From assembly GCA_027619655.1 (NCBI GenBank), contig JAQCHR010000002.1, forward strand, positions 1 to 34,211: a stretch of DNA of 34,211 nucleotides, given 5' to 3'. Positions 9,357 to 18,592 of this stretch are shown here, in pieces. Source of the stretch: Pseudomonadota bacterium (GTDB taxonomy: Bacteria > Pseudomonadota > Alphaproteobacteria > UBA8366 > GCA-2717185). Within the stretch, counting starts at the first letter, position 1. The number at the start of each line of letters is the position of its first letter. Both the position numbers and the translations under genes were made by a program. The notes under the pieces are model-generated. The model was not told the origin of the DNA and ran no database searches. It saw nothing but the letters and a program-made list of their open reading frames with translations.

Positions 9357-10395
9357 CGCCCAGTTCAGATGTCGTCGCCTTGCCGCCCATATCCCGTGTC
9401 TTGGGTGCCGTCGGGTCGGACAACACCGCTTCGATGGCATTGTATATCGCCGCGCCGGCCTTCGGCGCGCCGACATGTTCCAGCATCAGCGCCGCTGACC
9501 AGATCTGGCCGATCGGATTGGCGATGCCCTTGCCCGCGATATCGGGCGCGGAGCCGTGCACCGGCTCGAACATGGACGGAAACTCCCGCTCCGGGTTGAT
9601 ATTGGCGGACGGCGCCACGGCGATCGTCCCGGTAACGCCCGGTCCCAGGTCGGACAGGATATCGCCGAACAGGTTGCTGCCGACGACGACATCGAACCAG
9701 TCAGGATGCTGCACGAAATGGGCGCACAGGATGTCGATATGATACTGGTCTGTCTTGACCTCCGGATAGTCGGAGGACAGCAGCTTAAACCGTTCGTCCC
9801 AATAGGGCATCGTGTGCATGATGCCGTTGGATTTGGTCGCCGAGGTCAGGTGCTTCTTCTTGCGGCTGGCGGCCAGATCGAAGGCATAGCGCATGATCCG
9901 GTCAACGCCCTTGCGGGTGAAGATATTTTCCTGAAGCACGAATTCCTGCGGCGTTCCCTCATACATGCGACCGCCGATTTCCGAATATTCGCCCTCATTA
10001 TTTTCACGTACAACGAAGAAATCGATATCGCCGGGCTTGTAGCCGTGCACCGGCGGCGTAATGCCGGGCAGCAGGCGAACCGGTCGCAAGTTCACATATT
10101 GCTGGAACTCCCGCCGGATCGGTATCAGCAGCCCCCAGAGCGAAATATGGTCGGGCACGCCGGGGAACCCGACGGCGCCAAGGAAAATGGCATCATGATC
10201 GCGAAGCTGGTCGAGGCCGTCTTCCGGCATCATCCTGCCGGTCTTGGCATAGGTCTCGCAGCTCCAGTCATAATGGTCGAACGCCAGCTCAAAACCACAT
10301 TTCCGGCTCGCCGCTTCCAGCGCCTTAATACCCTCGGGTACCGTTTCGTTGCCGATGCCGTCTCCTGGGATCACAGCGATCCTGAATCGTGCCAT
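9331..10395 (-). CDS. Tartrate dehydrogenase/decarboxylase or D-malate dehydrogenase (decarboxylating), DmlA/TtuC type, of the isocitrate/isopropylmalate dehydrogenase family
   Basis: 354 aa. Near-colinear motifs match what I recall of DmlA/TtuC: RIAVIPGDGIGNETVPEGI, VPDHISLWGLLIPIRREFQQYVNLRPVR, VVRENNEGEYS, SATKSNGIMHTMPYWDE, SNLFGDILSDLGP and EPVHGSAPDIAGKGIANP. Confidence 0.85.
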   Translation of the reverse strand: MARFRIAVIPGDGIGNETVPEGIKALEAASRKCGFELAFDHYDWSCETYAKTGRMMPEDGLDQLRDHDAIFLGAVGFPGVPDHISLWGLLIPIRREFQQYVNLRPVRLLPGITPPVHGYKPGDIDFFVVRENNEGEYSEIGGRMYEGTPQEFVLQENIFTRKGVDRIMRYAFDLAASRKKKHLTSATKSNGIMHTMPYWDERFKLLSSDYPEVKTDQYHIDILCAHFVQHPDWFDVVVGSNLFGDILSDLGPGVTGTIAVAPSANINPEREFPSMFEPVHGSAPDIAGKGIANPIGQIWSAALMLEHVGAPKAGAAIYNAIEAVLSDPTAPKTRDMGGKATTSELGDAIVAAIG

Positions 10396-10553
10396 GTCAG
10401 ACCTCCCGATTTTAAAAACTGGCGGACACTAACCACAAGTACGGAAAGAAGAAAGCCCCAACTTGCGCCATTAAAAAGTCACCAACCTTCTTTACAGCCC
10501 GGCCGAAAGCGCTATGGTCCCACCGTCTCCAAATCCAAGCCAAGGAAGCTGTC

Positions 10554-10784
10554 GTGAAACGATCAGAACTCCTCAGTGTCGAAAAATACCTGCGCCGCAA
10601 GTTCGGCAATACCGCCATAACGCTGAAGGAACAGAAAGACGGCTCGTGCGAAGTCCTTATCGATGACGAGTTCATCGGCGTCCTCTTCCGTGACGACGAG
10701 GATGGCGAAGTCTCCTATGCCTTCAACATGGCGATCCTCGATATCGACCTCGAAGACGGGACGGATATCCCGGTTCCCAACTAG
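10554..10784 (+). CDS. DUF3126-family small protein
   Basis: 76 aa with a GTG start. VEKYLRRKFGNTAITLKEQKDGSCEVLIDDEFIGVLFRDDEDGEVSY matches the conserved alphaproteobacterial DUF3126 pattern. Confidence 0.7.
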   Translation: MKRSELLSVEKYLRRKFGNTAITLKEQKDGSCEVLIDDEFIGVLFRDDEDGEVSYAFNMAILDIDLEDGTDIPVPN

Positions 10785-10804
10785 GGCGCTTCCGCGGCCC
10801 GATC

Positions 10805-11752
10805 ATGGCGAGCATACTCCCCCTGACGCCGGCGAATATCACCGAAGCTGCAAAGGCGCTGAAGGCCGGAGAACTTGTCGCATTCCCGACCGAAACCGTG
10901 TACGGGCTCGGCGCCGACGCCACCAATGACCGGGCCGTCGCGGCAATCTATGCCGCCAAGGGCCGGCCGCAGTTCAATCCCCTGATCGTCCATGTGCCGG
11001 ATACCGAAGCAGCACGCCACCTTGTGGACCTGCAACCGGTTACAGAACGCCTCGCCGGGCGGTTCTGGCCCGGCGCATTAAGCCTAGTGGCGCCGCGTCG
11101 AACGGGGTCAGGCCTTTCGCTTCTGGTCAGCGCGGGGCTTGATACCGTCGCAATCCGTGTTCCGGCTCCCGAAGGCGCACGATCCCTGCTGCGCGCGGCA
11201 GGTATCCCCGTTGCCGCGCCCAGCGCCAATGTCTCCGGCAGGATCAGTCCGACGACGGCGCAGCACGTGGCTATCGAGCTCGGCGACCATGTCGCCATCA
11301 TTCTTGATGGCGGCCCCTGCGCCATCGGACTGGAATCGACCGTGGTCGATTCCACCAGCGTGCCCCCGACCCTTCTGCGCGGCGGCGGAGTGACAACGGA
11401 AGAAATCGAATTGTTTCTGGGCCTGTCCCTCATGATCGCCGGCAATGACGACGATGCGCCGAAATCGCCCGGCATGCTCACAAGCCATTATGCACCTGAC
11501 CGCCTTCTGCGCATGAACGTGGTCAAAGCGTCCCCCGGCGAAGCGCTGCTGGGGTTTGGACCGGCGCCGGACGCCACGATCAACCTCAGCGTCACCGGCA
11601 ACCTGAACGAAGCGGCGGCGAACCTTTTCGCCAGCCTGCGCCTGCTGGATGCGCTGCCCTGGACGGGAATCGCCGTCATGCCGATTCCGGAAACCGGGCT
11701 GGGCCGGGCCATCAATGACCGGCTGCGGCGGGCAGCGGCGCCGCGCGGCTGA
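10805..11752 (+). CDS. tsaC: L-threonylcarbamoyladenylate synthase (Sua5/YwlC long form: YrdC domain plus Sua5 C-terminal domain)
   Basis: 315 aa. The YrdC-domain signature is ELVAFPTETVYGLGADATNDRAVAAIYAAKGRPQFNPLIVHV, followed by APSANVSGRISPT. The ~110-aa C-terminal extension is as in Sua5. Confidence 0.85.
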   Translation: MASILPLTPANITEAAKALKAGELVAFPTETVYGLGADATNDRAVAAIYAAKGRPQFNPLIVHVPDTEAARHLVDLQPVTERLAGRFWPGALSLVAPRRTGSGLSLLVSAGLDTVAIRVPAPEGARSLLRAAGIPVAAPSANVSGRISPTTAQHVAIELGDHVAIILDGGPCAIGLESTVVDSTSVPPTLLRGGGVTTEEIELFLGLSLMIAGNDDDAPKSPGMLTSHYAPDRLLRMNVVKASPGEALLGFGPAPDATINLSVTGNLNEAAANLFASLRLLDALPWTGIAVMPIPETGLGRAINDRLRRAAAPRG

Positions 11753-11826
11753 ACCGACCATAGACGCCGCTTCTTGCGGCATCCGAGGCGATGCAATACA
11801 TCCTGCTGGGCAGGAAGGAGCCAACC

Positions 11827-13260
11827 ATGTCCCCTGAGGACGCTTTATCGCCGCGCGCGGCCGCTTTGGCCCGGATCAGGCAGATCGTCGGCCCGAAAGG
11901 CTGGTACGACACACCGGCGGATATTGCGCCCTATCTCGCCGAACAGCGCGGCATGTTCCAGGGCGACTGCAAGCTTGTCGTACGCCCGGATACTGCGGCA
12001 GACGTGGCCGCTGTGGTGTCGGCCTGCGCCTCGGCTGGCATTGCTATTGTGCCGCAGGGCGGCAATACGGGCCTGGTCGGTGCGGGCATCCCTATGCAAG
12101 CAGATGCCGCCATCATTCTCAGCCTGGGTCGCATGAACCGGATTCGCGATATCGATCCGCTGAATGCCACGATCACCGTGGAGGCGGGCTGCATTCTCGC
12201 CAATATCCAGGCGGCCGCGGCGGCCGAAGACCGCCTGTTCCCATTGAGTCTCAGCGCCGAAGGCAGTTGCCAGATCGGCGGTAATCTTTCCACCAATGCA
12301 GGCGGCGTCAACGTGCTGCGTTACGGCAACGCCCGCGATCTGGTGCTGGGCCTCGAAGTCGTACTTCCGGACGGACGTATCTGGAACGGATTGAAACGGC
12401 TGCGCAAGGACAATACTGGCTATGACCTGAAACAAATGTATATCGGCGGCGAAGGGACCCTGGGCATCATCACGGCGGCTGTCTGCAAGCTGTACCCGCG
12501 CCCGAAGGATGTGCAGACCGCTTTTGTCGGGCTGCGCAACCTGGAGGCCTCGCTGGACCTGCTGGCGCGGGCACGGTCCGCCAGCGGCGACCGGGTGACC
12601 AGTTTCGAATTGATCTGCCATCGGTCCTTTGCCGCCGCCGTGGCGCATATTCCCGGCATCCGCGACCCGCTGACCCGGAAGTTCGACGATTACGCCCTGT
12701 TCGAACTGTCCGGCGCCAATGCGGATGGCGACATGGCCGAAGCCATGGAAACCCTGCTGTCCGAAGCACTGGCGGCCGGCGAAATCGACGATGCCGCCAT
12801 TGCCCAGTCCGACAGCCAGCGGGCGGATTTCTGGCGAATCCGCGACGCGGTGGTCGAATCCCAAAAATTTCTGGGCGGCAGCATCAAGCACGATATCTCG
12901 ATCGGGGTCAGCCGCGTACCGGCCTTCATCCGCCGCGCCAATGCCGCCGTGCTGGCACTGCTGCCGGGCGCTCGTCCGGTGCCGTTCGGGCATTGCGGCG
13001 ACGGCAATATCCATTACAATATCTCGCAACCGGTGGACATGGACCTGGAAACATTTCTGTCACACCGGGAAGCGGTCACGCGGAACGTATATGACATCGT
13101 GGTCGATATGGGCGGCTCCTTCAGCGCCGAACACGGCGTCGGACAGCTCAAGCTGCGCGAAATGGCGCGCTACAAGCAGCCGCTGGAACTCGCCATGATG
13201 CACCGGGTAAAATCGGCGCTCGACCCCGAGGGGATCATGAATCCGGGCAAGATGCTGTAG
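11827..13260 (+). CDS. FAD-linked oxidase (GlcD / D-2-hydroxyacid dehydrogenase-like)
   Basis: Track ORF 11791..13260. I moved the start to the ATG at 11827, which is preceded by GGAAGGAG. The PCMH-type FAD-binding region is VVRPDTAADVAAVVSACASAGIAIVPQGGNTGLVGAG. The C-terminal FAD-oxidase end is GSFSAEHGVGQLK...LDPEGIMNPGKML. Confidence 0.8.
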   Translation: MSPEDALSPRAAALARIRQIVGPKGWYDTPADIAPYLAEQRGMFQGDCKLVVRPDTAADVAAVVSACASAGIAIVPQGGNTGLVGAGIPMQADAAIILSLGRMNRIRDIDPLNATITVEAGCILANIQAAAAAEDRLFPLSLSAEGSCQIGGNLSTNAGGVNVLRYGNARDLVLGLEVVLPDGRIWNGLKRLRKDNTGYDLKQMYIGGEGTLGIITAAVCKLYPRPKDVQTAFVGLRNLEASLDLLARARSASGDRVTSFELICHRSFAAAVAHIPGIRDPLTRKFDDYALFELSGANADGDMAEAMETLLSEALAAGEIDDAAIAQSDSQRADFWRIRDAVVESQKFLGGSIKHDISIGVSRVPAFIRRANAAVLALLPGARPVPFGHCGDGNIHYNISQPVDMDLETFLSHREAVTRNVYDIVVDMGGSFSAEHGVGQLKLREMARYKQPLELAMMHRVKSALDPEGIMNPGKML

Positions 13261-13288
13261 TCCGGGATTTTAAGGCAACGGAAGGTTC

Positions 13289-15073
13289 ATGAGTTCTTAC
13301 AACGCGCCAATCCGGGACATGAAGTTCCTGTTTCACGACCTGGGCCTGTTGAAAGCGGTACAGGATCTGCCGGGCTGCGAGGACGCCAGCGCGGACATGG
13401 TGGATGCGATCCTTGAGGAATCCGGCAAACTGGCCGGCAATATCCTGGCGCCGCTGAATACGGTCGGTGATGCGCAAGGCGCCGTGCTGGAGAACGGCAT
13501 GGTGCGCACCGCGGAAGGGTTTTCCGAAGCCTACCGGACCTTCATCGATGGCGGCTGGAACAGCCTGCCCTTCGACCCCGCCAATGGCGGCCAGGGACTG
13601 CCCTGGTTGGTCGGGATGGCGGCGGAGGAAATGTGGTTTTCCGCCAATACCGCCTGGGCGCTGTGCCCGCTGCTGACATGGGGCGCCGTCGATCTGCTGG
13701 AAGCCCATGCCAGCCCGGACCAGAAAGCACGCTACCTGACGAAAATCACGTCCGGCGAATGGACCGGGACGATGAACCTTACCGAGCCGCAGGCCGGGTC
13801 CGACGTCGGCGCCTTGCGCTGCCAGGCAACGCCCGAAGGCGACCATTACCGCATTCGTGGCCAGAAGATTTTCATCAGCTGGGGCGAACACGACATGACG
13901 GACAATATCGTCCATCTTGTACTGGCCCGCACCCCCGATGCCCCACCGGGGACGAAGGGAATATCACTCTTCATCGTACCGAAGTTTATCGTCAACGACG
14001 ACGGAACGCTTGGCGCGCGCAATGACCTGCGAGTCGTGTCGCTGGAGCACAAGCTCGGGATCAAGGCATCGCCGACCTGCGTCATGTCCTATGGGGATAG
14101 TGAAGGCGCCATCGGCTATCTGGTCGGCACGGAAAATCGCGGCCTGAACTGCATGTTCACGATGATGAACAATGCGCGCATCAATGTCGGCCTGTCCGGG
14201 CTGGCGATTGCCGAACGGGCCTATCAGCAGGCAACGGCATTTGCCCGTGAGCGGGTGCAGGGCAGCGCCCCGGATGGGTCGCCGCAAACGATTATCTGCT
14301 ATCCCGATGTCCGGCGCATGCTGCTGACCATGAAAGCCAGCACTGAAGCGATGCGCGCCGTGACCCTGGACACGGTGGCCTGCCTGGACCGGTCGCGCCG
14401 GGCAAGCGATCCGGCGGATCGCGCCAGGGCGCAGACCCGGCTGGAACTGATGACCCCCGTCGTGAAAGCCTGGTGTACCGATCTGGGTGTGGAGGTCGCG
14501 TCGCTGGGCGTTCAGGTGCATGGCGGCATGGGCTATATGGAGGAAACCGGCGCGGTGCAGCATTTGCGCGATGCCCGCATTGCGCCGATTTACGAAGGCA
14601 CCAACGGTATCCAGGCCATTGATCTGCTGACCCGCAAGGTGCTGCGCGACGGCGGCGATGCCGTCAGAGCCTATATCGGTGAAATCGACACTTTGCTGGC
14701 ATTGCTGGACGCGGAACCCGACCCCGCCTTCAAGGCGATCTGCAGCCAGCTTGCCCGCGCGCTGCAGGCGCTGGGTACGGCAACCGACTGGCTGCTGGAA
14801 CAGGGCCGCGACGGCGCCGACCGGGCGCTGGCCGGGGCGACGCCGTATCTGCGCCTGTTCGGCACCGTCGCCGGCGGCGTGATGATGGCGCGCAGCGCGC
14901 TTGCCGCGCAGGCGGCGCTGGAAGGCGGCGCCGGGGATACGGATTTTCTCAAGGGGAAAATGGTGACTGCCCGGTTCTATGCGGAAAATATCCTCCCCCA
15001 GGCCGAGGCGCTGGTTACCCCGATCTGCGACGGGCACAGCGCCGTCCTCGCCCTGCCCGAGGATCAGTTCTGA
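13289..15073 (+). CDS. Long-form acyl-CoA dehydrogenase (approx. 590-aa DmdC/FadE-like class with N- and C-terminal extensions)
   Basis: 594 aa. The ACAD core motifs are GTMNLTEPQAGSDVGAL, IFISWGEHD and VHGGMGYMEETGAVQHLRDARIAPIYEGTNGIQAIDL. The substrate cannot be assigned. Confidence 0.8.
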   Translation: MSSYNAPIRDMKFLFHDLGLLKAVQDLPGCEDASADMVDAILEESGKLAGNILAPLNTVGDAQGAVLENGMVRTAEGFSEAYRTFIDGGWNSLPFDPANGGQGLPWLVGMAAEEMWFSANTAWALCPLLTWGAVDLLEAHASPDQKARYLTKITSGEWTGTMNLTEPQAGSDVGALRCQATPEGDHYRIRGQKIFISWGEHDMTDNIVHLVLARTPDAPPGTKGISLFIVPKFIVNDDGTLGARNDLRVVSLEHKLGIKASPTCVMSYGDSEGAIGYLVGTENRGLNCMFTMMNNARINVGLSGLAIAERAYQQATAFARERVQGSAPDGSPQTIICYPDVRRMLLTMKASTEAMRAVTLDTVACLDRSRRASDPADRARAQTRLELMTPVVKAWCTDLGVEVASLGVQVHGGMGYMEETGAVQHLRDARIAPIYEGTNGIQAIDLLTRKVLRDGGDAVRAYIGEIDTLLALLDAEPDPAFKAICSQLARALQALGTATDWLLEQGRDGADRALAGATPYLRLFGTVAGGVMMARSALAAQAALEGGAGDTDFLKGKMVTARFYAENILPQAEALVTPICDGHSAVLALPEDQF

Positions 15074-15561
15074 CCGCTTCCGGCAAACAACCGGACATCC
15101 GCATCGGGCGGCAGTGCCGCCAGCATTTCCGCCACGCTTGCCTCCGTTTCCGGGTGGCGTAACTGCGCCGCGATATCGTTGAGCGGCTGCAATACGAAGC
15201 GCCGTTCCGCGATTCGGGGATGGGGCACGGCAAGACTCGGCAGATCGATCACGTCATCGCCAAAGAACAGGATATCCAGATCAATTGCCCGTGGCCCGAA
15301 ACGCTGCCCCGGCATCCGGCCGAGCGCCTTTTCGATGGATTGCGTGGCCGCCAGCAGCGCCAGCGGCGCAAGGCCGGTCCGGGCCAGGACGACCATGTTC
15401 AGGAAGGCGGGCTGGTCGGTCACGTATTTTGGCGCGGTTTCATAAACCGGCGAACGCTTTTCGATGGTTGCGACTGCCGACAACCGCTCCAGCGCCGCCG
15501 CGATTTGCGCCGCCCGGTCGCCCAGATTGCTGCCCAGCGCGATGAAAACCGGCACGCTCAT
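15064..15561 (-). CDS. folK: 2-amino-4-hydroxy-6-hydroxymethyldihydropteridine diphosphokinase
   Basis: 165 aa. Motifs are VFIALGSNLGDR, GPRAIDLDILFFG and VPHPRIAERRFVLQPL. Its ATG overlaps the folP stop (ATGA at 15558-15561). Confidence 0.9.
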   Translation of the reverse strand: MSVPVFIALGSNLGDRAAQIAAALERLSAVATIEKRSPVYETAPKYVTDQPAFLNMVVLARTGLAPLALLAATQSIEKALGRMPGQRFGPRAIDLDILFFGDDVIDLPSLAVPHPRIAERRFVLQPLNDIAAQLRHPETEASVAEMLAALPPDADVRLFAGSGQN

Positions 15562-16418
15562 GCCAGCGGCGCCCGCAGCATCGCGTCGGTCATCCGGGCA
15601 ACCTGTGCCATTTCCGCGACATCATGTACCCGCACGATATCCGCGCCGCGCACAATAGCCAGCGCAACCGTCGCAGCGGTGCCGAACAACCGTTCGTCAA
15701 CCGGCGCATCCAGCACCTTCCCGATGAAAGATTTCCGGCTTGGCCCGGCAAGCAGCGGATAACCGAGCGTCCTGAAATGACCCAGGTGGTTGATCAGCGC
15801 CAGGTTCTGCCCGACGGTCTTGCCGAATCCCAGTCCGGGGTCGAGGACAATCTGATCCGGTTCAATCCCGCCATCGCGCGCCTGTTGCGCCAATGCGGCG
15901 AGTTCGCCGCCAACTTCCGCCAGCAGGTCTCGGTAATCGGGCGGAATGTATTGCCCGCCGAGCCGGGCGTCGATTTCCGCATGTCCCGGTCGGCTGCGGT
16001 TATGCATCAGGATCACCGGTACCCCCCGCGCCGCCGCCAGCGGCGCCATTTCCGGATCCGCCCGCAGGCCCCAGACATCGTTGATGATATCCGCCCCGGC
16101 ATCGAGCGCGACTTCCGCGACCTTTGCCCGGTAGGTATCGATGGAAATGACCGCGTCCGGCAGCGCATCGCGAACCGCCGAAATGATCGGCAATACACGG
16201 CCCGCTTCGGCAACTGCGCCGACTGCCTGAGCCCCTGGACGGGTGCTTTCGCCGCCGATGTCGATGATATCTGCGCCGGAGGCGGCAAACCCCCGGGCCT
16301 GCGCCACTGCTGCCACCGTCGTCGCCACGCCGTCGCCGGAAAAGGAATCGGGTGTCACATTCAGAATGCCCATGACATGGGTTTTTGCACCCCAGATAAA
16401 CCGGTCCTTAAGCCGCAT
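15558..16418 (-). CDS. folP: Dihydropteroate synthase
   Basis: Track ORF 15558..16481. I moved the start to the ATG at 16418, which is preceded by AAGGAGA. Motifs are GILNVTPDSFSGDG, IIDIGGESTRPGA and VLDPGLGFGKT. Confidence 0.9.
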   Translation of the reverse strand: MRLKDRFIWGAKTHVMGILNVTPDSFSGDGVATTVAAVAQARGFAASGADIIDIGGESTRPGAQAVGAVAEAGRVLPIISAVRDALPDAVISIDTYRAKVAEVALDAGADIINDVWGLRADPEMAPLAAARGVPVILMHNRSRPGHAEIDARLGGQYIPPDYRDLLAEVGGELAALAQQARDGGIEPDQIVLDPGLGFGKTVGQNLALINHLGHFRTLGYPLLAGPSRKSFIGKVLDAPVDERLFGTAATVALAIVRGADIVRVHDVAEMAQVARMTDAMLRAPLA

Positions 16419-16519
16419 GCGGCAATTCTCCTTTATGACAGACGGGCGTTGGCGGTTGCCGACCCGCATGTCCGGCATCATAATGTGTTGAAATCACCTT
16501 CCCCCGGAGGATATCCCCT

Positions 16520-16981
16520 TTGACGACCGCAGGCACGCCTCTTGCCCCGGCGAAACCCGTCGATGCCGCGGCGGCGCAATCCGCCGCGCCGACCTACCGG
16601 ATATTCGTCCGCGACCTCGTAATTCCCTGGGAAATCGGAATTTACGACCATGAGCACGACGCGCCGCAACGGGTCCGCATCAATATTGATCTGATTGTGC
16701 GCGAAGCCGACAAATTCGACGCGGACCGTTACCGGCAGGTGGTTTGTTACGCTGCAGTGGTCAAGAGCGTTCAACGGCTGGCCCGCGAAGGGCACATCAA
16801 CCTGGTAGAGACCCTGGCAAGTCGCGTCGCGGATCTGTGCCTGTCGGATGAACGGGTCGAACGGGTCACGGTTCGCGCTGAGAAACTGGACGCCATCGCG
16901 GAAGTGTCCAGCGTCGGCATCGAAATAGAGCGCAGCCGCGCGACGCCACGGGAAGGTCCGGTCAGGATCGTACGTGATTAG
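16520..16981 (+). CDS. folB: Dihydroneopterin aldolase (with an Ala/Pro-rich N-terminal extension)
   Basis: 153 aa with a TTG start preceded by GGAGGA. The core YRIFVRDLVIPWEIGIYDHEHDAPQRVRINIDL fits the FolB beta-alpha pattern. It is divergent from folP-folK. Confidence 0.7.
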   Translation: MTTAGTPLAPAKPVDAAAAQSAAPTYRIFVRDLVIPWEIGIYDHEHDAPQRVRINIDLIVREADKFDADRYRQVVCYAAVVKSVQRLAREGHINLVETLASRVADLCLSDERVERVTVRAEKLDAIAEVSSVGIEIERSRATPREGPVRIVRD

Positions 16982-17036
16982 CGCCGGTTCGCGGTTGCGC
17001 TGACCGGGACCCGCCACTTTGTGTTATAATGTCGGC

Positions 17037-17618
17037 ATGCGTTATCTTGCTTTATTCGCCCTGGCAATATGTCTGACCGCCTGCGCTGGCGAGCCGAAGG
17101 TCTATGCGGTCATTCAGGAACGCGCCTATACCCCTTCGGAATTCCGCTTCGCGTCGCAGCACAAGGTGATCCCGACCATTATTTCCGGCAACCCGTTTCC
17201 GATGCCCGACCGGCAGGTACATGGCGACATTCTGGCCGCCATGCAGCCCGCGAACTGGTGGTTCAGCCAGGCCTTTACGCCCCGCACCCGGTTTTCGGAT
17301 GCGCCGGCCGACCGGGATACTTCGGTGTATCGCGTCTATATATCAATCGACGACTCCGAAACAGCGGACCCGGAAACCTACTGCATGCCCTCTACCGGGA
17401 CGTCGCCGGAGAAGACACCCGGAAACCGCATAACGGCGCGAATGGCGTTCTGCCGCGACAGGATGCTCCTGTCGACCAGCCACGGCACCGTCGACGATAT
17501 CGATGGCTCGACTCACCCCCGCTTTCAGGCAATGATGACACGCATGACCATGGCCCTGTTTCCGCAACGCAAGGACGATGGCGATTGCAGGCCGCTGACA
17601 CGCCGGCAGTCCTGCTGA
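17037..17618 (+). CDS. Hypothetical lipoprotein
   Basis: Track ORF 17019..17618. The internal ATG at 17037 gives MRYLALFALAICLTACAGEP, a signal peptide with lipobox LTAC. I recognise no family. Confidence 0.55.
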   Translation: MRYLALFALAICLTACAGEPKVYAVIQERAYTPSEFRFASQHKVIPTIISGNPFPMPDRQVHGDILAAMQPANWWFSQAFTPRTRFSDAPADRDTSVYRVYISIDDSETADPETYCMPSTGTSPEKTPGNRITARMAFCRDRMLLSTSHGTVDDIDGSTHPRFQAMMTRMTMALFPQRKDDGDCRPLTRRQSC

Positions 17619-17624
17619 ACGATC

Positions 17625-18470
17625 ATGGACATCAATCGCGGCATATACTGGATCCAGGGCCTAAGCGAAGGCGAGTGGCGGAACCTGCAACGATGCGCCG
17701 ACCACGCCGATGCCACATCCAAAATGGGACCGCTGACCAACGACCGGCGCTACCGGGAATTGCGGCTCGTTCTGGCGCAGGCACAGCAGGGAAGCATCGA
17801 GTACACGACGCTCGTGACGGTTCGCGACGGCAAAGTCATGTCCAATTCATCGCTGCTGGAAACGCTCCTGCCGGCGGCGCCAGCGCCGGTTTCGACCCCG
17901 GCGCCGAAGGTAAATCACCGGCGCTGGCGCGTTGCCGCCCTGTCAGTGGTTTTGATAGGTGCCATTGCAGCCGGCGTTGCCATCGCCGCCAAATTCCCGC
18001 ACATGGCGCTTTCGCTATATGCGTCGCTCGGCTGGCACGCGGAGCCTGCCGCCCCGGTTGTGTTTGCCTCTCGAAACAAACCCGCGGCGACCGGCACCCT
18101 GGAAGAGCGTCTTTTCGACGCCGTGGACGCCAATGACAGTGCGGCGATCCGCGGCTTGATGGCGACGCGGCCGGGGGATCTGCGCCTCGACGAACTCTTC
18201 GTTTTCGTTGATGACGGATGGGGAACAGGGCCCCGCCAGATCACGGACTACGCCCTGCTGGGCGGCTATATGGCTGCGGCCGACGCCCTGCTTGCAATCG
18301 GCGCCACACCGAGCGAATGGCTGCTGACCCTTGCACAACGGCGTGGCGAGGAGGAGCGCCTGAAAGCAGCCGTCAGCCTGCTGAACGAATTCGGCCTTGC
18401 CCGGCCGGTATCATTCAATTCGGCCATCAGCGAAACCGCCCGTGAATTCGAAGGCGAAGTCGCAAACTAG
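17625..18470 (+). CDS. Hypothetical single-pass membrane protein
   Basis: 281 aa, starting 6 nt after the lipoprotein gene. It has a ~90-aa soluble N-domain, a Pro/Ala linker (LPAAPAPVSTPAP), one hydrophobic span (WRVAALSVVLIGAIAAGVAIAA) and a ~150-aa C-domain with a weak ankyrin-like stretch (LFDAVDANDSAAIRGLMA...ALLAIGATP). Confidence 0.5.
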   Translation: MDINRGIYWIQGLSEGEWRNLQRCADHADATSKMGPLTNDRRYRELRLVLAQAQQGSIEYTTLVTVRDGKVMSNSSLLETLLPAAPAPVSTPAPKVNHRRWRVAALSVVLIGAIAAGVAIAAKFPHMALSLYASLGWHAEPAAPVVFASRNKPAATGTLEERLFDAVDANDSAAIRGLMATRPGDLRLDELFVFVDDGWGTGPRQITDYALLGGYMAAADALLAIGATPSEWLLTLAQRRGEEERLKAAVSLLNEFGLARPVSFNSAISETAREFEGEVAN

Positions 18471-18471
18471 G

Positions 18472-18513
18472 TCAGATTTAAAGGGAACCTGTTGCGGTTC
18501 GCTTGAAATCTGA
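18472..18513 (+). terminator. Long imperfect inverted repeat (18-bp stem with 16 pairs, 6-nt loop): putative terminator or regulatory hairpin
   Basis: TCAGATTTAAAGGGAACC-TGTTGC-GGTTCGCTTGAAATCTGA starts 2 nt after the stop codon at 18468-18470. I checked the pairing base by base; the mismatches are at 18480/18505 and 18484/18501. No clean U-tract follows. Confidence 0.4.
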
Positions 18514-18592
18514 TGTGCTATAGGTTTGTGCCCCAGCCCGACAATGACTATGCTGCGGCCAGTTTCCGACACCAGATAGCGAAGGTAGCATC

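Noticed and set aside
16478-17017. A 179-aa minus-strand ORF opposite folB.
   Set aside because: It is fully antisense to a motif-supported folB, would overlap the folP start, and has no recognisable motif.
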